Origin: Gammaproteobacteria bacterium
Lineage (GTDB): Bacteria > Pseudomonadota > Gammaproteobacteria > CAKMZV01
NCBI GenBank assembly: GCA_965219665.1
Contig: CBDCOD010000019.1
Span: 30,070 to 94,069 of the forward strand
Direction of reading: 5' to 3'
Length of the DNA: 64,000 bases
Under the pieces are notes generated by a model. That model made no database searches. It worked only from the letters and a program-made list of their open reading frames with translations, and was not told the origin of the DNA. Positions 59,128 to 64,000 of this stretch are shown here, one piece after another; position 1 is the stretch's first letter, and every line of letters begins with the position of its first letter. The position numbers and the translations under genes were made by a program.

Positions 59128-59555
59128 CCACTCTACTCATCCCAGCTATACCCGCGTGGTATCTCATCATCATCGGCATAGCCATTGTTGGTGTTGAACT
59201 GTTTTTCATGAACCTATTCGTCATACTCTGGTTTGGACTGGCAGCCATATTCATTGGTGCCCTCAACTTATTTTTACCCTTTTCTCACGGCGAATATCAA
59301 CTACTACTCATTGCACTAATCGGCAGCACTGCCCTGTTCATGTATCATAAAAAATACAAACCATCACGCACCAAAAATAAACACTTAGACTCCTATACTA
59401 CAGGTGGAACAGGTAGCGTAATCACCACTAATCAAGGCATTAAAATCAATTATCAGGGAACGCTCTGGAGCATTGCCCCACCAGCCCCCACCAACCTAAA
59501 AGACGGCGACAACGTCATCATCAAAGAAATCAAGTCCAATCAAGTCGTTTTATGA
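59124..59555 (+). CDS. NfeD-like short-form membrane protein (partner of SPFH proteins)
   Basis: Three hydrophobic helices, then a C-terminal OB-fold-like region (GTGSVITTNQGIKINYQGTLWSIAP...GDNVIIKEI), as in YuaF/YbbJ. ATGA overlap with the SPFH gene. Confidence 0.7.
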   Translation: MTTLLIPAIPAWYLIIIGIAIVGVELFFMNLFVILWFGLAAIFIGALNLFLPFSHGEYQLLLIALIGSTALFMYHKKYKPSRTKNKHLDSYTTGGTGSVITTNQGIKINYQGTLWSIAPPAPTNLKDGDNVIIKEIKSNQVVL

Positions 59556-60589
59556 TTCTCATATCACTGATTGGACCACAAATTCTCCCCAATATTTTTG
59601 CGCTCCGACACTACGGCAATGAAATCAGCAAGCACTTCATACTCTGCGATAAAAACCCTAAAAATCTGGCAGCTGCCCAATTGCTTAAAGATTTTTGTGA
59701 ACCAAGCGGCATGCCAACCATCGTCATAACAGCCAACCTCAAACAAGCCCACAGTTGCTACAACGTTTGCTGCCAAATCATTGAAGACAACCGTGCCGTG
59801 CAAACCATTCTCAATGCCACCTGTTCGCTCAAAACTGCCGCTCTTGGTGCTTTCATGGCAATGCAACAGCACAATCAGCGCACCATCTATGTTGACGGGC
59901 AAAGAATCCAACGCGTCCACCACTCAGAGGATCACAACACCATCGCCCCTATTAAAGCCCGCATCAGTATTGCAGACTACCTACAAGCATACGGCTTTAG
60001 CATCACACCCTCTACCCAAGACCACACCATAGGGGAAAAATTTGGCAACTACCTCTTCGACGACAACTTGCTCAGAATATGGATGAGGGATAGTAAATAC
60101 ACCCCCCACGAACGGATTGCAAAATGGCTCAGAAGCAACAACATACTCGCAGGCAACCGCACGATAAAACCTGAAAAACGGGCATGGTATTCTGGCACCT
60201 GGTTTGAGCAATGGGTCTATGTCACACTGAAAAAACACTTTGCAAAAAATCCTGCTGTATCCGACATTTGTAGCAGCTTTAAGGTGAAAAAACATGCAGA
60301 AAATGAAATAGACGTTGCCTTTGTTCATAATAACATCCTGCACCTGATTGAATGCAAAGCAGGAAAGCCCGAAAAACAAAGCCAAGAAGGCCTGCGCTTC
60401 TCCAGCGTTGCTGAAACCATTGGTGGCACCTACACCAAATGCGCCGTACTATTTTTGCGCCCAACAAAAGACACCATAAAAGAACGCGCCAGCGACACCA
60501 CCAACTTACACTACATTGACAACATTGAAAACACAACCGACTTATGCACCAAAGTAGATCAATGGCTTGAAAAATCAAATTTCTCATGA
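59552..60589 (+). CDS. CARF + PD-(D/E)xK nuclease (Can2/Card1-like cOA-activated nuclease)
   Basis: N-terminus MILISLIGPQILPNIFAL is the CARF strand-1 motif. The C-terminus has E...IDVAFVHNNILHLIECKAGK at 60311-60360, i.e. D...E-C-K. 345 aa. ATGA overlaps on both sides. Confidence 0.7.
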   Translation: MILISLIGPQILPNIFALRHYGNEISKHFILCDKNPKNLAAAQLLKDFCEPSGMPTIVITANLKQAHSCYNVCCQIIEDNRAVQTILNATCSLKTAALGAFMAMQQHNQRTIYVDGQRIQRVHHSEDHNTIAPIKARISIADYLQAYGFSITPSTQDHTIGEKFGNYLFDDNLLRIWMRDSKYTPHERIAKWLRSNNILAGNRTIKPEKRAWYSGTWFEQWVYVTLKKHFAKNPAVSDICSSFKVKKHAENEIDVAFVHNNILHLIECKAGKPEKQSQEGLRFSSVAETIGGTYTKCAVLFLRPTKDTIKERASDTTNLHYIDNIENTTDLCTKVDQWLEKSNFS

Positions 60590-61452
60590 ACCCCAAAAAC
60601 AACCCGGCACAAAACTTTAAGCTAAAAAATGCACTCACTAGCACCTTTGGCAGTCTGGACCTAACAACCATAGGAATCGCCATACTCCTATTAGCACTTA
60701 TTGGCTGGAGCGCAGACAGCCTACTCAACACCCTCACCTTTAGCATAGCTTCCCCCTTAACGCACCTTAGCATAGCAGCACTATCACTCGCTGCCTTATC
60801 CCTTCTTATAAAAATACTGCATAAAAAAGCACAAGGCATAGGCAACAACCTCCTCATTGAAGCCACCCAAAACAAACCCAAACGCTTAGATGCCCAAAAC
60901 CTTATTTTTATCGTATCGCCTGCAAGGCACTTTGCCGATATAGATAAAAAACTACAATGCCCAGATACACAAAAAAACCTACAAGAATTGATAGAAGAAG
61001 AATCCACAGAAACGAAACCGACTACACAACCCAAAAAAAAATACCAATGGTATATGCCCTATAGCACCATCAAAGAACATCAGCCCAAAAACATCTATCC
61101 CATCTTTACTTCAGGCGAATATGGCAGCAGTAAACAAAAAGAGACTTTCTTAAATCTCTTTAGAGGCATATTCCCCGACAAAACCATTCATGATGCAGAT
61201 TATCAAACCCTACAATCCACCGATTTGACTGAGCTATCCAAAGCCTACGACAAGATAGAACAAAAAGTTCTCAACGACGACAAATACCGCCCCAACCAAA
61301 TTCTCGTTGATGTAACAGGCGGTCAAGCCTCCATGAGCGCCATGCTCGCTGTCAACTCCACCATTGATGATGCCATCATCAGCTACGTGGACACCAATGA
61401 CTATAAAATTCACTACTTTGACTTTCGCAGCCACAACCCATCAGAAGAATGA
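60586..61452 (+). CDS. two-TM membrane protein with a C-terminal CARF domain (Cam1-like membrane effector)
   Basis: Hydrophobic helices at about aa 27-48 and 58-80. The C-terminal ~180 aa has the CARF-like motifs LIFIVSPA and ILVDVTGGQASMSAM at 61301-61340 (D-x-T-G-G-x-x-x-M). 288 aa. Confidence 0.55.
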   Translation: MNPKNNPAQNFKLKNALTSTFGSLDLTTIGIAILLLALIGWSADSLLNTLTFSIASPLTHLSIAALSLAALSLLIKILHKKAQGIGNNLLIEATQNKPKRLDAQNLIFIVSPARHFADIDKKLQCPDTQKNLQELIEEESTETKPTTQPKKKYQWYMPYSTIKEHQPKNIYPIFTSGEYGSSKQKETFLNLFRGIFPDKTIHDADYQTLQSTDLTELSKAYDKIEQKVLNDDKYRPNQILVDVTGGQASMSAMLAVNSTIDDAIISYVDTNDYKIHYFDFRSHNPSEE

Positions 61453-62297
61453 ATGCCTTCCTCCCGCTATTCAAAATCCAAATAACCCTTACAGCCCTAT
61501 CCTCTATTACATTTCGCACTCCCCATCACAACATCATTTTAGATGCCTTCCTACGCTCACTCCTCAGCCAAGAGCAAAAAAAACAATACGCCACCACGCT
61601 TATCATCAGCCCCCAAACACCAATCCAAGCCATCACATACGGCAACGCCTACACCTTTAACATCACAGCCATTAACAATGCCCTTCTGCTTAGCCGGCTA
61701 CTATTCCAACTCAAATCCTTACCATTCTCTGCCCGTATTCGAGACACAACAGCCCCGCTACGCCACAACCTCAAATTCCACCAAGCCACCTGTATGCACA
61801 CAGGTCATAAAGCCAACAGCATTAAAGACCTCACCCCAATCCAAGCCATAGACCTTGAAAACAGAGCATTAGAACTCGCCTCGCATAGCCAGCTCCCCAT
61901 AACCCTAAACTTAGCACGCCTCAAAAAAAGCCACCTTAAAAAAACCAGCAACACCGAACAAAACTTCGCCCAAAACAGCACCGAACTAACCGCTGAACTC
62001 CTATTAGAGCGCATCAACACCACCATAAGCCACCTACACCGTGCGCTCAACATAAATGCCACACCGCAGCCCCCTCTTCCTACAGCCACCACAACAACGC
62101 AATACTGCAAATGGATAAACCTACCCTACTTTGACAAAAACAAGCAGGAAAAAACATGCGGCGGACTCAACGCACAACTCACGCTAAGACCGCAAAACTG
62201 GTCATTGGACCACTACCGCCAACTGGCACTGATTGAACACGTAGGCATTGGACAACGCCGCACATCTGGTTTTGGCACGCTCACCATCAACGCATGA
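61449..62297 (+). CDS. cas6: Cas6-like RAMP endoribonuclease (standalone)
   Basis: C-terminal glycine-rich loop HVGIGQRRTSGFGTL (G-h-G-x5-G-h-G) typical of Cas6. 282 aa. ATGA overlaps with its neighbours. Confidence 0.55.
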   Translation: MNAFLPLFKIQITLTALSSITFRTPHHNIILDAFLRSLLSQEQKKQYATTLIISPQTPIQAITYGNAYTFNITAINNALLLSRLLFQLKSLPFSARIRDTTAPLRHNLKFHQATCMHTGHKANSIKDLTPIQAIDLENRALELASHSQLPITLNLARLKKSHLKKTSNTEQNFAQNSTELTAELLLERINTTISHLHRALNINATPQPPLPTATTTTQYCKWINLPYFDKNKQEKTCGGLNAQLTLRPQNWSLDHYRQLALIEHVGIGQRRTSGFGTLTINA

Positions 62298-64000
62298 AAA
62301 TTCCCCTACCGAAACTACCTTCCCAGCAAGCCCTCAGCGTTGACCTCCAGTTTATACAGCCCCAAAATCTTCCACTCTACCATGAACCTGTTATTCAAAA
62401 TGCACTCAAGGCACTCACCCGCCAACTGCTCCCCTCAAACACCTCCACCCCTTTTACCCTCATCTGCCCCGAAAGCGCCCGCACCCACTATCCTGCAAAC
62501 ACCTCCTACTACTTTTGCATAATCAGCCTCAGCATAGACTCCATACAACCCCTCTGGCAGCAACTCATCATCAAACTGCGCCAACTCCCGATAGAATCAA
62601 CGCCCTTTATCAAAAACTGCACCCTCATATCGCTACGAAACCTCTTAGACGGCACGCCCGTATCCAATGCCCAATCCTTAACCCAATACACCTTTGACTT
62701 AGCACTATCGCAAGCAACAGACTGGCGCAACACACAAACCACAACCCTTAATTGGCGCTGGATTAGCCCTGCCCATACCCCTATCGGCAACACCTTATGC
62801 CGCGATAAAACCGAGCTATCTGCCAAACACCTCTGTGAACAAATCGCACACAGCCTATACGATCTCATCCAGCACAATAACAGCACCGAAACAAACCACT
62901 TATTTCATCTATGGACTCAATCCCAGTACAAGCATATAGCAATACATAAAGCCGATCTATATTGGATAGACACCCCTTATCACCCAAATCAAACCAATTT
63001 CTCTGGCATATCAGGTAACTTTACATTTAGCCTGTCTGAAGAGGCCCCCACCAAATTATTAGCCCTCATCATCTACGCTCAGAATATTGGCATTGGCCTT
63101 AATTACCAAAAAGGATTTGGCAAATACCGCCTCTCAAGCCCAAACGATACGTACTTCTCCACACTATCCAACCACTGCATGCCCATCACGCGCTGTGAAT
63201 CATTGCTCAAGCACTTTACGCACCCCCAAATGATTGAACGCGCCATTGCAGAATTAGAGCAAAAACCCAACATCGACAAGCTCAGCGACAAAACCCATGC
63301 CCAAATACAATCTGCCATTGGTCAAGTTCGCAAACAAGATTACACCCCTCCTAATTTATTTGGGTTCACCACGCCTAAAAAAGACGGCACCGACCGCCTA
63401 CTCGCTGTCGCTCCCCTATATGATCGCATCCTACAAAAAGCCTGTGCCATCGCACTCACACCCACCTTAGAAGCTATCATGAGCCAAGCCTCCTTCGGCT
63501 ACCGCAAAGGACTATCACGCCAGCAAGTCCGCTATGCTATTCAGCAATACTACAGGCAAGGCTACAAGTGGGTCTTGGAATCCGACATTGATGATTTCTT
63601 TGACTCCATTAACCGCACGCTACTCATCAATCGCCTTGCCAGTTTTTTTGGCCCTGACCCACTATGGAACCTCATGGAACAATGGCTCAACAGACCCATA
63701 ATCTATCAAGGGCACACTATCCAACGTCCCGATGGCATACCACAAGGCTCACCTCTCAGCCCACTACTAGCAAACTTTATTCTGGACGACTTTGACTCTG
63801 ACCTTGAAGCCTATGGTTTCAAACTCATTCGCTTTGCTGACGACTTTGTTATTCTCTGCCGCTCTAAATCTGAAGCCATAGAAGCACGCAGTGCCGTAAC
63901 GAAACATCTCAAAGAAATCAATCTCAAACTCAATCCAGAAAAAACCCACATTAGCGAAATAGACCACGGGTTCCGCTTTTTAGGTTACCTTTTCCACGAA
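62294..64000 (+). CDS. Cas6-reverse transcriptase fusion (N-terminal part of a Cas6-RT-Cas1 protein), truncated by the window end
   Basis: Manual translation finds no stop from the ATG at 62294 to 64000. The N-terminal ~330 aa end in a second Cas6 G-rich loop, NIGIGLNYQKGFGKYRL. After that come RT motifs: RLLAVAPLYDRILQ, QGSPLSPLLANFIL and the catalytic box FADDFVIL. Absent from the ORF track because it is edge-truncated. Confidence 0.8.
   Translation, partial: MKIPLPKLPSQQALSVDLQFIQPQNLPLYHEPVIQNALKALTRQLLPSNTSTPFTLICPESARTHYPANTSYYFCIISLSIDSIQPLWQQLIIKLRQLPIESTPFIKNCTLISLRNLLDGTPVSNAQSLTQYTFDLALSQATDWRNTQTTTLNWRWISPAHTPIGNTLCRDKTELSAKHLCEQIAHSLYDLIQHNNSTETNHLFHLWTQSQYKHIAIHKADLYWIDTPYHPNQTNFSGISGNFTFSLSEEAPTKLLALIIYAQNIGIGLNYQKGFGKYRLSSPNDTYFSTLSNHCMPITRCESLLKHFTHPQMIERAIAELEQKPNIDKLSDKTHAQIQSAIGQVRKQDYTPPNLFGFTTPKKDGTDRLLAVAPLYDRILQKACAIALTPTLEAIMSQASFGYRKGLSRQQVRYAIQQYYRQGYKWVLESDIDDFFDSINRTLLINRLASFFGPDPLWNLMEQWLNRPIIYQGHTIQRPDGIPQGSPLSPLLANFILDDFDSDLEAYGFKLIRFADDFVILCRSKSEAIEARSAVTKHLKEINLKLNPEKTHISEIDHGFRFLGYLFHE

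Noticed and set aside
60279-61034. 251-aa minus-strand ORF antisense to the CARF-nuclease and TM-CARF genes
   Set aside because: It is Cys/Arg/Trp-rich with low complexity, as is typical of antisense frames of C/A-rich sense genes. The sense-strand genes have clear domain motifs and ATGA-coupled starts.

Overview
This window looks like a gammaproteobacterial chromosome segment with two parts. Bases 1-47,000 are mostly ordinary core genes. They include a nucleotide-sugar/ACP-dependent acylation cluster (likely O-antigen or capsule sugar decoration) and the housekeeping genes folD, an M16 peptidase, bioD, purC, aceA, galE, an EnvC-like peptidase, gpmI, gpsA, secB, grxC, rplU-rpmA, sspA-sspB, acs, mrcA, rsgA, phhB, lptD, amgK-murU, rraA, pdxB and gcvT-gcvH-gcvP. 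Immediately after gcvP, from about 47.5 kb to the window end, lies an accessory island with plasmid-like cargo (a TraT lipoprotein and a membrane protein carrying 3 near-identical 123-bp repeats) and a type III-B CRISPR-Cas locus. The locus has a cmr1 remnant, an HD-less cmr2/cas10, cmr3, cmr4, cmr5 and a frameshifted cmr6. These are followed by a 4-bp-overlapping operon: SPFH/band-7 protein, NfeD, a CARF + PD-(D/E)xK nuclease (Can2/Card1-like), a 2-TM + CARF membrane protein (Cam1-like), Cas6 and a Cas6-RT(-Cas1) fusion that runs off the window end. A third CARF protein sits divergently at the island's left edge. No CRISPR array is in the window; it is presumably downstream of the RT-Cas1 and cas2. 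The most interesting item is the SPFH/NfeD pair wired into the cyclic-oligoadenylate effector operon, together with signs that the Cmr interference complex is decaying (cmr1 pseudogene, cmr6 frameshift) while the effector genes remain intact.
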